Source of the DNA: a virus
Lineage: Duplodnaviria > Caudoviricetes
Virus record (IMG/VR): IMGVR_UViG_3300031716_000017
Span: 1 to 46,745 of that record
Direction: 5' to 3' (one strand)
DNA: 46,745 bases
The number at the start of each line of letters is the position of its first letter. The stretch's first letter is position 1. The position numbers and the translations under genes are program-made. Under the pieces are notes generated by a model. The model made no database searches, was not told the DNA's origin, and saw nothing but the letters and a program-made list of their open reading frames with translations. Shown here in pieces: positions 1 to 9,127 of this stretch.

Positions 1-1
1 T

Positions 2-127
2 GACCGTCCCGCCCCCGAGGCCCCAGCCCCAGCGGAACGCGGCAAACCGCGGCCCTGGGGCCTTGTGGGTGAAAGGACGGGAGAATGGGAAACCCCTACA
101 CGAACACGCGCCCCAGCAAGGTCTCTT
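2..127. repeat. Terminal direct repeat, left copy (circular assembly overlap)
   Basis: 126 bp identical to 46620-46745; base 1 (T) differs from 46619 (G). Confidence 0.95.
4..80 (+). promoter_or_regulatory. Long RNA hairpin after the major capsid gene, pairing with the RBS of the next gene
   Basis: CCGTCC(4-9)/GGACGG(75-80), AGGCCCCAG(18-26)/CTGGGGCCT(55-63), inner CGCGG-CAAA-CCGCG. Confidence 0.55.
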
Positions 128-462
128 GCGGCGGGGTCAACTGGATCTCTCACGAAACCCACAACGTTTCGGACGACCTGGCCAAGGTTCTGGAAGCCCG
201 GGACCCGAAGACGAAAGCTTTGACCCATCCCCTTCGGGCGGGGAAGACGCCGATCCTTCGGCCCGGCCGCGTGGAACCGCCGCCGGAAGAACCGGCCGTG
301 AAGGTCGCTTCGCTCGGGGATCTGGACCTGACCCGGGCCCTGGCTCAGGTGCGGCTTTGCCAGGATATCCAGACGCTGGCCGCCTGGCACGCCACGGAAA
401 CCAGGACCGAAATCCTGGCGGCCATCGATCAGCGCGCGCGGGAACTGACCAACAAGGCGTGA
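85..462 (+). CDS. Hypothetical head-region protein
   Basis: RBS-like AAGGACGGGAG before ATG; lies between capsid gene and connector in circular order. Confidence 0.7.
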   Translation: MGNPYTNTRPSKVSCGGVNWISHETHNVSDDLAKVLEARDPKTKALTHPLRAGKTPILRPGRVEPPPEEPAVKVASLGDLDLTRALAQVRLCQDIQTLAAWHATETRTEILAAIDQRARELTNKA

Positions 463-465
463 CGC

Positions 466-765
466 GTGGCCGCGCTTCCGTTCCCCATCGATCTGGCCAC
501 CTGGCGGTCCCTGTTCCCTGAATTCGCCACGGCCCCGGACATCCTGGTCCAGTCCCGCATTGACCAGGCCGCGCTACGGATCGAACCACTGGTCTGGGGG
601 GAACGTTCGGGAGAAGGTCAAGCGTTCTTGACCGCCCACCTTCTGACCCTTGCCCCGGGTGGTCAGTTCGCCAGGCTTCAAAGCGACAAGGGGAAAAGCA
701 CCTACGGGACGCAATTCGATCAAATGGTGGTCGAAGTTACCGCGCTGGTCATGCGAGTGATCTAA
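466..765 (+). CDS. Head-tail connector/adaptor (DUF4054-like)
   Basis: FPEF...FLTAHLL...STYGTQF pattern; synteny. Confidence 0.75.
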   Translation: MAALPFPIDLATWRSLFPEFATAPDILVQSRIDQAALRIEPLVWGERSGEGQAFLTAHLLTLAPGGQFARLQSDKGKSTYGTQFDQMVVEVTALVMRVI

Positions 766-767
766 CC

Positions 768-1256
768 ATGCCCGTTTCGGACAGGGACAAGGGCTTTCGT
801 GCTCTTTTCGGCCGGCTGGCCGGGGCTAAGGGCCTGTCTCTGACGGTCGGGATTCATGGTCCAGAAGGCTCGGAACCGGCCGCCGGAGGCGGGGAACTGA
901 CCGTGACCCAGATCGGAATCGTCCACGAATACGGCCTTGGTAACGCATATAAAAAGAAGCCTGGGGGACGGTCGTTTATCCGCGCATGGGCGGATGAGAA
1001 TAAGGAACAGAACCTGGCGACCCTGGCCAAGATCGCCCAGGCCGTGGTCCAGGGCAAGTTTGACGCTCGGACGGGTCTGGATAGGGCTGGGCTCTTGTTC
1101 GTGGCCCAGGTTCAAAAGCGAATTAAGGCGGGGATTCCGCCCGCGCTTGACGAAAAGACGATCGCGGCAAAGGGATCGGCCACGCCGCTGATCGATACTG
1201 GGCAACTGTGGTCCAGTATTCGTCACAAGGTTTCAACGGAAGGTGAACAGAAGTGA
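768..1256 (+). CDS. Neck/tail-completion morphogenesis protein
   Basis: VGI..., HEYG, RSFIR, KGSATPLIDTGQL motifs; synteny. Confidence 0.75.
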   Translation: MPVSDRDKGFRALFGRLAGAKGLSLTVGIHGPEGSEPAAGGGELTVTQIGIVHEYGLGNAYKKKPGGRSFIRAWADENKEQNLATLAKIAQAVVQGKFDARTGLDRAGLLFVAQVQKRIKAGIPPALDEKTIAAKGSATPLIDTGQLWSSIRHKVSTEGEQK

Positions 1257-1777
1257 ACCTGACCGTGATTCGGCCACTTCTGAAAGACCAGGTAGCCACC
1301 CTGGTTGAACTTCCCACGGTCTGGGAAGACGAACCACGTCCCTTCAATCCGGGGGCGATTTGTATCCTGACGTTTACCACCATGGGATCCCAGGGCTGGG
1401 ACGAATGCAGGACCCAGCAAGACCTTAACCAGTCCCGCGGTTTGGAGATGCAGGATCAATGGTGCGGGAATCGGTTCTTTACCCTGACGGTCAGGGTGGA
1501 AGCCCTGGATCAGACTGATGCAGACTTCGCATACAATCACCTGTCCACAGTCCGGGACAGGTTCTGGTTCCGTGGCGTAGCAGCGGCGTTCAGGGCCCAG
1601 AATCTGGCGATCACGGAACTGGAAACGACCGTGGACCTTACCGCGCCCCAGGACGATCGGAACCGATCGATCGCAGCTTTCGATGTCAAATTCGCCGCTC
1701 GGACCAGTACCCTGGATCCGACCCGATACCCCTATATCGACCCGCCGCCCGTAACTGGGACCTTGCGCCAGCCGTAG
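1253..1777 (+). CDS. Putative neck/tail terminator protein
   Basis: Directly before sheath; GTGA overlap with upstream gene. Confidence 0.6.
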   Translation: MNLTVIRPLLKDQVATLVELPTVWEDEPRPFNPGAICILTFTTMGSQGWDECRTQQDLNQSRGLEMQDQWCGNRFFTLTVRVEALDQTDADFAYNHLSTVRDRFWFRGVAAAFRAQNLAITELETTVDLTAPQDDRNRSIAAFDVKFAARTSTLDPTRYPYIDPPPVTGTLRQP

Positions 1778-1813
1778 GTCCCGCGGTAAACTTTCAAACG
1801 GAGCTAGAAGAAC

Positions 1814-3136
1814 ATGGGCCTGGAAGAAGTTGTCAACCTGACCATTACCACCGTCAGCCAGGGCCCCAGCCGAGCGTCTTTCGGTCGCCCGCTGATCATG
1901 GCGTACCATAACGTGGTTCCGGGGATGATCGTGCAATACAACTCCCTCGCCGAAATGACGGACGCTGGATTCCTGGTCACGGATCCGGCGTATCGCGCGG
2001 CGAGCGCCGTGTTCAGTCAGAACCCCCGGCCCACGGCCGTTTACATCGGGAAACGAACGCACGCCTATACTCAGACCCTGGAATTCTATCCACTGAATAC
2101 GACCGTCGGGTTTCACTACACCTTCGAGGGCGTGGACTCGGCCGGAGGTGTTACCGCGTTCGATTACACCGTCCAAAGCGGGGACACCATCGCCCTGATC
2201 TGTACCGCCCTGGCGGCCCTGATCGACCCCATGGCGAACGGAACGGCGACGGCCGCGTCCACGAAGGTTACCTGGGCGTCCACGGCCGGGAAGCTGGCCA
2301 ATTTCCGGAAGCTTCCTCGGATTCAGGACATGAAGGTCAAGGACGTGACCGCAGATCCGGGAATTGCTTCGGACCTGTCCGCAATCGAACTTCTGGACGA
2401 TCTGTCCTGGTATGCGATCGGTTTCGACCACGCGTCCAAGGCCGTGATCGAAGCCGTGGCCACCTGGGTCGAGTCCCGGCGAAAGATCGCCCTGGTCAAC
2501 GTCGTGGACTCGGAAGCGTCGGACAATTCGATCACCAACGACGTCCTGTCTGATCTGAAAGCCGGCGCATACATGCGAACCGAAACCCTGTTCAGCCAGA
2601 CGGAGGTCCTCTCCTACTCCGCACTGGCCTGGGAAGGGGTCATGCTGCCCAAGGACCCGGGAAGTGCAACCTGGTCTTTCAAGACCCTTCGGGGGATCAC
2701 GGCAGACACCCTGACGGGCAGTCAGAAGTCCGTGATCCTGTCCAAGCGAGGGAACACCTATACGACCGTGGGCGGGCTGAACGTGACCCAGTGGGGCCAG
2801 GACCCGGACGGCGGGTATACCGATATCGTGATCGGAACGGACTGGCTGTATGCGCGGATTCAGGAAGCCGTTTTCGGAGCGTTCGCCGCGAATGACAAGA
2901 TCCCTTACACGGATAGCGGCGTGGACACGATCCGGAACGTGGTCATGGGCGTTCTGAAACGGGGGATCCTGTCCGGGTTCCTGGCCGCTGATCCGGCCCC
3001 GGTCGTGCAAGCGCCGAAGGTGGCGGATATCGATCCGGCCGAGAGAGCAAATCGCAACCTCCCGGACGTGGAATTTTCGGCCACGTTGGCAGGGGCGATC
3101 CACACCGTGGAAATCAACGGACGTCTGAGCGTCTAA
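1814..3136 (+). CDS. Contractile tail sheath protein (DUF3383-like)
   Basis: 440 aa; FSQNPRP, PGSATWSFKTLRG, DWL, KIPYTDSG, LAGAIH motifs. Confidence 0.9.
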   Translation: MGLEEVVNLTITTVSQGPSRASFGRPLIMAYHNVVPGMIVQYNSLAEMTDAGFLVTDPAYRAASAVFSQNPRPTAVYIGKRTHAYTQTLEFYPLNTTVGFHYTFEGVDSAGGVTAFDYTVQSGDTIALICTALAALIDPMANGTATAASTKVTWASTAGKLANFRKLPRIQDMKVKDVTADPGIASDLSAIELLDDLSWYAIGFDHASKAVIEAVATWVESRRKIALVNVVDSEASDNSITNDVLSDLKAGAYMRTETLFSQTEVLSYSALAWEGVMLPKDPGSATWSFKTLRGITADTLTGSQKSVILSKRGNTYTTVGGLNVTQWGQDPDGGYTDIVIGTDWLYARIQEAVFGAFAANDKIPYTDSGVDTIRNVVMGVLKRGILSGFLAADPAPVVQAPKVADIDPAERANRNLPDVEFSATLAGAIHTVEINGRLSV

Positions 3137-3146
3137 GGGGCGAGCC

Positions 3147-3593
3147 ATGGCCGAAGAAACGAAAGTCTATGACCTGGGGGAAGTGACCTGCAATTTCCTG
3201 GGGATCCCCCTGGACCAGATTGGGGGCTGGGGCGACGGTGGCGGGATCGAAGTGGAATATGAGGGGGATTCCTTCGATTGGAAAAAGGGCGCCGACGGGT
3301 CCGTGGTCCGGTCGAAGACCTACGAAAACAGAGCCACGGCTAAACTGGTCGTCCTGCAAACCAGCGCCGTGAACAAGGTTCTGTCCGCCCTTCTGAATGC
3401 GGACAATGCAGCCAGCAACGGGGCCGGGGTCGGCCCGGTCCTGATCCGGGACCGCCAGGGCCTGACCGTGATCTCTGGATCGAAGGCGTGGATCAAGGGC
3501 CGCCCCAAGACTGTCCCGTTCAAGGGGACGGCCGAGAATCACGAATGGCTGATCGCGATCTCGGATGTCACGGACTTCATCGGAGGGAACTGA
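3147..3593 (+). CDS. Tail tube protein (DUF3277-like)
   Basis: YD..EV N-terminus, GADG.V.RS, LQTS..N..LS; follows sheath. Confidence 0.85.
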   Translation: MAEETKVYDLGEVTCNFLGIPLDQIGGWGDGGGIEVEYEGDSFDWKKGADGSVVRSKTYENRATAKLVVLQTSAVNKVLSALLNADNAASNGAGVGPVLIRDRQGLTVISGSKAWIKGRPKTVPFKGTAENHEWLIAISDVTDFIGGN

Positions 3594-3596
3594 CAG

Positions 3597-3673
3597 ACAG
3601 GTCCCGAGCCTGGCGATTTAGTATCCTGGGCCCTCCCGTCCTGGGGTTCTGAATCGCCAGGCTCGGGGCCTGT
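3597..3673 (+). promoter_or_regulatory. Long imperfect RNA hairpin between tail tube and chaperone genes
   Basis: ACAGGTCCCGAGCCTGGCGATTTAG pairs with CTGAATCGCCAGGCTCGGGGCCTGT; the two deviations are G-U pairs on the + transcript. Confidence 0.75.
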
Positions 3674-3692
3674 TCATTTTACGGGAGAAACA

Positions 3693-4151
3693 ATGGGCGT
3701 CAGCAAAGAGAGAACCACGATCGGGGATACAACATACGAAATCCAGACCTTCGGGACGAAGAAGGGACAGGCGGTCCTTTTGCGTCTGTTCAAGACTCTG
3801 GGCCCGGCGGCGGCCGAGATCACGTCCAGGGGCTTCGACGGGATCGGCCAGGCGCTGGTCCTGGCGTCCACGAACACGTCCGACGCTGACCTGACCTTCG
3901 TCCTGGATTCGCTGGCCGAACAGACCACGGTTTACCTCCCGACCACGACCACGGCCGGATCCGGGGCCGTCGGGATCAAACTGTCCGATCTATATGACAA
4001 CCATTTTGCTGGCCGCTGGGACGAATGGGCCCTGTGGATCGGCTGGGGGGTCCGGGTCAATTTCCAGTCTTTTTTTTCCGGAAAGGCTTTCGGGGCCATC
4101 CTGGAAAAATTCGCCCAGGCGGCGTCCGAGTCCGAGTCCCCGAAGGGGTAG
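3693..4151 (+). CDS. Tail assembly chaperone (G)
   Basis: Between tube and tape measure; RBS GGGAG; DNHFAGR motif; in-frame slippery T TTT TTT at 4070-4076. Confidence 0.8.
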   Translation: MGVSKERTTIGDTTYEIQTFGTKKGQAVLLRLFKTLGPAAAEITSRGFDGIGQALVLASTNTSDADLTFVLDSLAEQTTVYLPTTTTAGSGAVGIKLSDLYDNHFAGRWDEWALWIGWGVRVNFQSFFSGKAFGAILEKFAQAASESESPKG

Positions 4152-4324
4152 ACTGGCTGTTCTGGCGGGTCCTGACAGACAAGCGAGTCAACGTCACGCT
4201 CAGGGAGTTGGAAGAATACTGGACCCTGGACGATCTTCTGGACTGTCATGCGGCCCTTGACGCTCTAGACGAAGCGGCGGACGAAGCTGAACGCAGGGCC
4301 GAAGAAGAAGTAAAGAGACGCTAA
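4070..4324 (+). CDS. Tail assembly chaperone -1 frameshift extension (GT)
   Basis: Open -1 frame encodes DWLFWRV...WTLDDLLDCHAALD and ends 1 nt before the tape measure ATG. Confidence 0.7.
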   Translation, partial: FFFRKGFRGHPGKIRPGGVRVRVPEGVDWLFWRVLTDKRVNVTLRELEEYWTLDDLLDCHAALDALDEAADEAERRAEEEVKRR

Positions 4325-6106
4325 ATGGGCGCGTTGCGCGAAATCCTGGCTAAGTTCGGTTTCGAAATCGACGATTCGAAACTGGATTCCCTTCGGGACA
4401 GGGTTGATAACACCGCGTCCAAGATCAAAGACCTGGCGGACAAGTTCGCGGGCGGGTCTCTGAGCGGAGCGATCAAGGACTGGATCGGGGACGTCAAGGA
4501 AGCGGCCGGGGAATTCAAGGGCCTGGCCAAACTGACCGGGACCAGCGCCGAAGACATGCAACGCTGGACCACGGCCGCGAAGTTGTCCGGGTCCAGCGTC
4601 GAAGCCCTGGCCACAGGGTTCCGGGTCCTTCTCAGGAATGCCAGCCAGGCGTCCAGCGGTGGGGAGTCGGCCCTGGAAGACCTGGGGGACGGGTCTCTGG
4701 AAGCCGTTCTGTCTGGGAAGAAGGCCCAGCAAATGTTCAAGGCCCTGGGCGTGGACGTGAAAACGTCTACCGGGGAATTGAAAACCGCGTCCCAGCTTAT
4801 GGGGGACGTGGGCCTGGGACTGGCCAAGATCAAGTCCCCGGCCGAACGCGCCGCCCTGGCAACGAAACTGTTTGGGCGTCAAGGCACCATGCTTCTTCCC
4901 CTGTTCGCTCAGGGGGAAGAAGGTCTAAGGGGGTTCCTGGACAGGATTGACGAACTGGGCGGCGGCGTCAGTTCGGACGCCCTTAAAGCGCTCGGGGACA
5001 ATTCCAAGGCAACGAAGGAATACGACGTTGCAACCCTGTCCTTGAAAAGCGCGATCGTGACCGAACTTCTTCCGGCCATGACGAAGAAGATCAAGCTCCT
5101 GACAGACGTGTCTGTCTGGTTCCTGAAAACCCAGAAGGGGACGGAAATCCTTCGGTCCGGGATATTGGTTCTTGGGGCCGCAATTCTTTATACCCAGCGT
5201 CAGGCCGTGATTGCGGGTCTTCGCACGGCCGTTGCCTGGGCACCTACGATCCTTCTGTTCGCATTCCTGGCCCTGGTCGTGGACGACGTTTGGACCGCCA
5301 TGAAGGGCGGTGATTCGGTCCTGACCAGGACCGGAAAGAAGTGGCTTGAATTCCTGGCGGGATCGTCCAAGAACGCCGAAACCAATCAGGCGGTTTGGGA
5401 CGAATTCATCAAAACGATCAAGGAAACGTCCTGGTCCGACATCTTCGGGGGTTCGTTGGATTACTGGAAGGCGGTATTTGCGGGAATGCTCCCGGATACT
5501 GTCAAAGAATTTATCTCCTGGTTTAACCAGGACCTTCCAGCCGGAATCAAGAACGGGTCAGCTTCGTTCGTGGATACGGTCGTGGCCGTGTTCAAGAATA
5601 TCCAGAACAAGCTTTATACCTGGCCGCTGGATCTGGTTGACGGAATCATCGAAGGGTTCGTCAAGGCCCTACAGGACCGTGGGTTCAAGATTTCGGACGC
5701 GTTCGTGGAGCAATTCCACGAATCGATTAAGAAGGTAAAAGACGCCCTGGAAATGCACAGCCCTTCCCGGGTTGTGTTCCGGATGGTTGATACCGGCATC
5801 ATCGGCGCTTCGGTTTTGGCCCTGTCCGAAGGTGCCAAGCGGATCGCTGACCAGGCAACTCAAACGTTCGCACCCATGGTCCCGGACGCCGCTGGGTTTG
5901 CACCTACGGTCAAGGTTCCTACGTTCGCCACGGCCGGGCCCACTGGACCCACCATGCGACAGGTGAATCAGTCCAACCAGGTCAAGATCGTCCTGGAAGG
6001 TAACATCCCGGACGCTTACCGCGATGCAGTCCGGGAAGGCGTCGGGCTTGGATTCAGCGACGAGCGGCGGGGCATGCTGGCCGCGCTGGAAGACCTGGGG
6101 CCCTGA
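4325..6106 (+). CDS. Tail tape measure protein
   Basis: 593 aa, helical Ala/Leu-rich, central hydrophobic segments, HSPSRV motif; synteny. Confidence 0.85.
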   Translation: MGALREILAKFGFEIDDSKLDSLRDRVDNTASKIKDLADKFAGGSLSGAIKDWIGDVKEAAGEFKGLAKLTGTSAEDMQRWTTAAKLSGSSVEALATGFRVLLRNASQASSGGESALEDLGDGSLEAVLSGKKAQQMFKALGVDVKTSTGELKTASQLMGDVGLGLAKIKSPAERAALATKLFGRQGTMLLPLFAQGEEGLRGFLDRIDELGGGVSSDALKALGDNSKATKEYDVATLSLKSAIVTELLPAMTKKIKLLTDVSVWFLKTQKGTEILRSGILVLGAAILYTQRQAVIAGLRTAVAWAPTILLFAFLALVVDDVWTAMKGGDSVLTRTGKKWLEFLAGSSKNAETNQAVWDEFIKTIKETSWSDIFGGSLDYWKAVFAGMLPDTVKEFISWFNQDLPAGIKNGSASFVDTVVAVFKNIQNKLYTWPLDLVDGIIEGFVKALQDRGFKISDAFVEQFHESIKKVKDALEMHSPSRVVFRMVDTGIIGASVLALSEGAKRIADQATQTFAPMVPDAAGFAPTVKVPTFATAGPTGPTMRQVNQSNQVKIVLEGNIPDAYRDAVREGVGLGFSDERRGMLAALEDLGP

Positions 6107-6108
6107 TC

Positions 6109-6816
6109 ATGGCCGTATATATCCTCCCGGACAGTGGCCAGTCCCTGATCGTAACCTTCGATCTGGTCGTATCCGAAGGCCACGAATCGACCAGTGAAGT
6201 AACCGAACACCCTGTGGAACGGGGATCCAATATCGCGGATCACGTCCGACAGAACCCCCAGGGCCTGACCCTGGAACTGTATGTGACAAACACGCCGATC
6301 GAAGACCTGGGTCGGGGCGCGATCAGTATCCTTCAAATCGATGTCCCGACGTATACCCCGCCACTGGCCCCGACCCCTGGGGCCCTGTTCAGCGCGGCCG
6401 AGAACGGAATCAACCAGGCCATCCGCGGTAATCCTGGACCCGTCAAGGCCCAGGTTCTGGGGTTCCCCAGTCCCTTCGATCGGGTCAAGGAAGTCCACGA
6501 CGCTCTTTTGGATCTGTGGAAGAACGGGATCACTTCGTCCGTGGTAACCAGCGTGATGACCTATGACACGATGGTTTTAACCCGGATCAACATGCCACGA
6601 ACCGAGCCAGGCGGCGCAACGTTTAACCTGGACCTGAAACAGATCCGCACCGTGACCACGGCCAGCGTTGCCGCCCCGAAACCGGCGGAAAAGCGCGGAG
6701 CCCCCAGCCAGTCCAAAGGGAGCCAGTCAACCAGACCCGTGGGAAGCCAGGACGCCGCTAAAGCGTCGAGTCTCGCAACCAAGGCGCTGGAAGCCCTGGG
6801 CCAGCTTTTGCCCTGA
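6109..6816 (+). CDS. Baseplate/tube initiator (Dit-like) protein
   Basis: VTEHPVERGSNIADHV motif directly after tape measure. Confidence 0.75.
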   Translation: MAVYILPDSGQSLIVTFDLVVSEGHESTSEVTEHPVERGSNIADHVRQNPQGLTLELYVTNTPIEDLGRGAISILQIDVPTYTPPLAPTPGALFSAAENGINQAIRGNPGPVKAQVLGFPSPFDRVKEVHDALLDLWKNGITSSVVTSVMTYDTMVLTRINMPRTEPGGATFNLDLKQIRTVTTASVAAPKPAEKRGAPSQSKGSQSTRPVGSQDAAKASSLATKALEALGQLLP

Positions 6817-7145
6817 TGACTACTCCGATCGAAATCCCGGTCGCGACGGACACACCCCTGTACACCCAGCGAATCACGCTGGACGGGGTTGAATACGTGT
6901 TCAAATTCGATTGGAACGATCGGGAATCACGCTGGTACTTCGGGCTATTCGCGATCGATGAAACCCCGATCGTTACCGGGATCAAGGTCGTGGCGAACTG
7001 GCCGCTTCTTCGCAGATTCACGGCAGAGAAAGTACCCCCTGGCGTGCTAGTGGCCGTGGACCTGTCCCCCGAGCGGGGAGAGTCCCCGACCTTTACGGAG
7101 CTGGGGTTCCGGGTCCGCCTTCTGTATTATCCGAAGAATGACTGA
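6816..7145 (+). CDS. Small baseplate protein
   Basis: LDGVEY.F.F.WNDRE.RWY motif; synteny. Confidence 0.7.
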   Translation: MTTPIEIPVATDTPLYTQRITLDGVEYVFKFDWNDRESRWYFGLFAIDETPIVTGIKVVANWPLLRRFTAEKVPPGVLVAVDLSPERGESPTFTELGFRVRLLYYPKND

Positions 7146-7956
7146 CACCCTGCTTTTCAAGCGCGCGGTCCGGGTCGTGGTCGACACGATCGAAATCAAG
7201 GACCTGGCCATGACGTTCCGGGTCAAAAAGACCCTGAAACCGGAACCGAATACGGCCGAACTGACGGTAAGGAACCTGAATCCTGATCATCGTTCCCACC
7301 TGGAACAGTTGAAAGTTGCCAGCGTTTTAATTGAAGCTGGATACGAAGGCGGAACGTCAACCCTGTTCCTGGGTGATCTTCGAACGGCGATCAGCACAAC
7401 CGAAGGTCCAGACATCGTTACCAAGCTTTCGAGCGGGGACGGGGAAAAGGCGGTCAAAAAAGCCAGGGTCAAAACGACCATGAAAAAGGGAACGGCTACA
7501 CCCCAGAAGGTGTTACAGGCCGTGGCCAAGTCTCTGGGGGTCGGGGAAGGGAACCTGGTCCAGGCCCTTGGACAACTGGGCGGGATCGCCAATCACTTTT
7601 CCGAAGGCGTTGTGATGTCCGGGTCCGCCTTCCGGGAAATGAACGCCATTTGCAAGTCCCTGAACCTGGACTGGTCAATTCAGAACGGGAAGCTTCAAAT
7701 CCTTTCCAGGGGGAAGACCCTGGACGGTCAGGCGATCAAACTAACCAAGGACACTGGGCTGATCGGATCCCCAACCGTGGACAATGACGGCGTGTTGACC
7801 GCGGTCATGCTTCTGGCCCCGGACGTCTTCCCAGGTCGCAAACTGGTCCTGGAATCCCAGCGCCTGAAAGGTCAGTATCGGATCGAATCCTGCGAATACT
7901 CGGGAGACACCCACGGGCAGGAATGGTACTCTAAGCTGGAAGCGAAGCGTTACTAA
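7138..7956 (+). CDS. Baseplate hub protein
   Basis: PNTAEL...NLNP, EAGY, LFLGD, WSIQNG, TGLIGSP, GDTHG.EW motifs. Confidence 0.8.
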   Translation: MTDTLLFKRAVRVVVDTIEIKDLAMTFRVKKTLKPEPNTAELTVRNLNPDHRSHLEQLKVASVLIEAGYEGGTSTLFLGDLRTAISTTEGPDIVTKLSSGDGEKAVKKARVKTTMKKGTATPQKVLQAVAKSLGVGEGNLVQALGQLGGIANHFSEGVVMSGSAFREMNAICKSLNLDWSIQNGKLQILSRGKTLDGQAIKLTKDTGLIGSPTVDNDGVLTAVMLLAPDVFPGRKLVLESQRLKGQYRIESCEYSGDTHGQEWYSKLEAKRY

Positions 7957-7958
7957 CC

Positions 7959-8606
7959 ATGCCGCTTTCAGTTGAACCTGGGGAACTGTTCCGCCGGGCC
8001 CTGGACAGCAGGGCGGCAGATATCTGGACCGCGTTCCCTGCCCGTGTGGTCACCTACGATCCAGGAACCCAGACCGCTGACCTGGAACCCCAGGTCCGTC
8101 GACCTGTCACGGACGAAGACGGGGCGATCGACGGCGAAGACCTTCCGGTTATTCCGAACGTCCCCATTGTCTTCCCCAGGGGCGGCGGGGACACATACGC
8201 TATCACCTGGAAGATTCAACCGAACGATTTCGTATGGGTCCACGTTTGCACCCACGCGATCGGCAACTGGCGGCGGACCGGCGAGGTTTCAGACCCGGGA
8301 GACGTCCGAACGCATAGCCTGGGGAACTGTTTCGCCGTTCCAGGTGCGGCTCCGAATTCCAAGACCCTGGCTCAGGCCAACGATTCGGACGGGGCCCTGG
8401 TCATCGAAGCGCCACTGACCAAGATCGGAAAGGACGCTACAGATTTCGCGGCCCTGGCCGCCAAGGTGAACAGCAATTATCAGAAGATCATTAACCTGTT
8501 CAGTGCCTGGACCCCAGTCCCGAACGATGGCGGAGCGGCTCTCAAAACTCTTACGGCGTCTCTGACCTTCGATGATGTGTCAGCGGCTAAAACCAAGGTG
8601 AAATAA
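7959..8606 (+). CDS. Central spike / membrane-puncturing protein (Gp138/gpV-like)
   Basis: PARVVTYD, LPVIPNVPIVFPRGG, R.HSL motifs; follows hub. Confidence 0.8.
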   Translation: MPLSVEPGELFRRALDSRAADIWTAFPARVVTYDPGTQTADLEPQVRRPVTDEDGAIDGEDLPVIPNVPIVFPRGGGDTYAITWKIQPNDFVWVHVCTHAIGNWRRTGEVSDPGDVRTHSLGNCFAVPGAAPNSKTLAQANDSDGALVIEAPLTKIGKDATDFAALAAKVNSNYQKIINLFSAWTPVPNDGGAALKTLTASLTFDDVSAAKTKVK

Positions 8607-9127
8607 TGTCTGATCCCCTCGTTTCCGACGGCGACTCTGGTCTTTCCCTGCGAGAAGTGGATCCGGGGGATTCCGCCGATGGCCGCAAACGGGAGGCAAC
8701 CGTCGATCGTACGGGCGCAATCCGGGTCAACATCACTGGGTCGACATCCACCGTAACGGATCCGGCCGGATCCGCGGTCGTGTCCACGACCCTGACGAAT
8801 TCCAAGACCCTGAAAACGGGGGCTGGACGGCTTCTGTCCCTGGACCTGGAACTGGAACCCGGATACGCTACCGGAACGGTCTATCTGGAAATCCTCGATA
8901 GTGCCACGATCCCCTCGGATGGGGACGTGTCCGGAACCCCTTCTCTGGGGTCTTACAGGATCGAACACCAGATCGGAACCGCGGACGTCTACCCGCTCGA
9001 AAGCTCCCGGGGGGATGCGTTCACGGACGGTTGCGTCGTCTACCTGTCGACCACGCGCTATCCCACGAAGACGATCGTAACTGGGGGTCCCTGGGCCTGG
9101 TTCAACGCTGCAACGGGTGAAGCATGA
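8606..9127 (+). CDS. Putative accessory virion beta-sandwich protein
   Basis: Thr/Ser/Gly-rich, beta-like; translationally coupled within baseplate operon. Confidence 0.5.
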   Translation: MSDPLVSDGDSGLSLREVDPGDSADGRKREATVDRTGAIRVNITGSTSTVTDPAGSAVVSTTLTNSKTLKTGAGRLLSLDLELEPGYATGTVYLEILDSATIPSDGDVSGTPSLGSYRIEHQIGTADVYPLESSRGDAFTDGCVVYLSTTRYPTKTIVTGGPWAWFNAATGEA

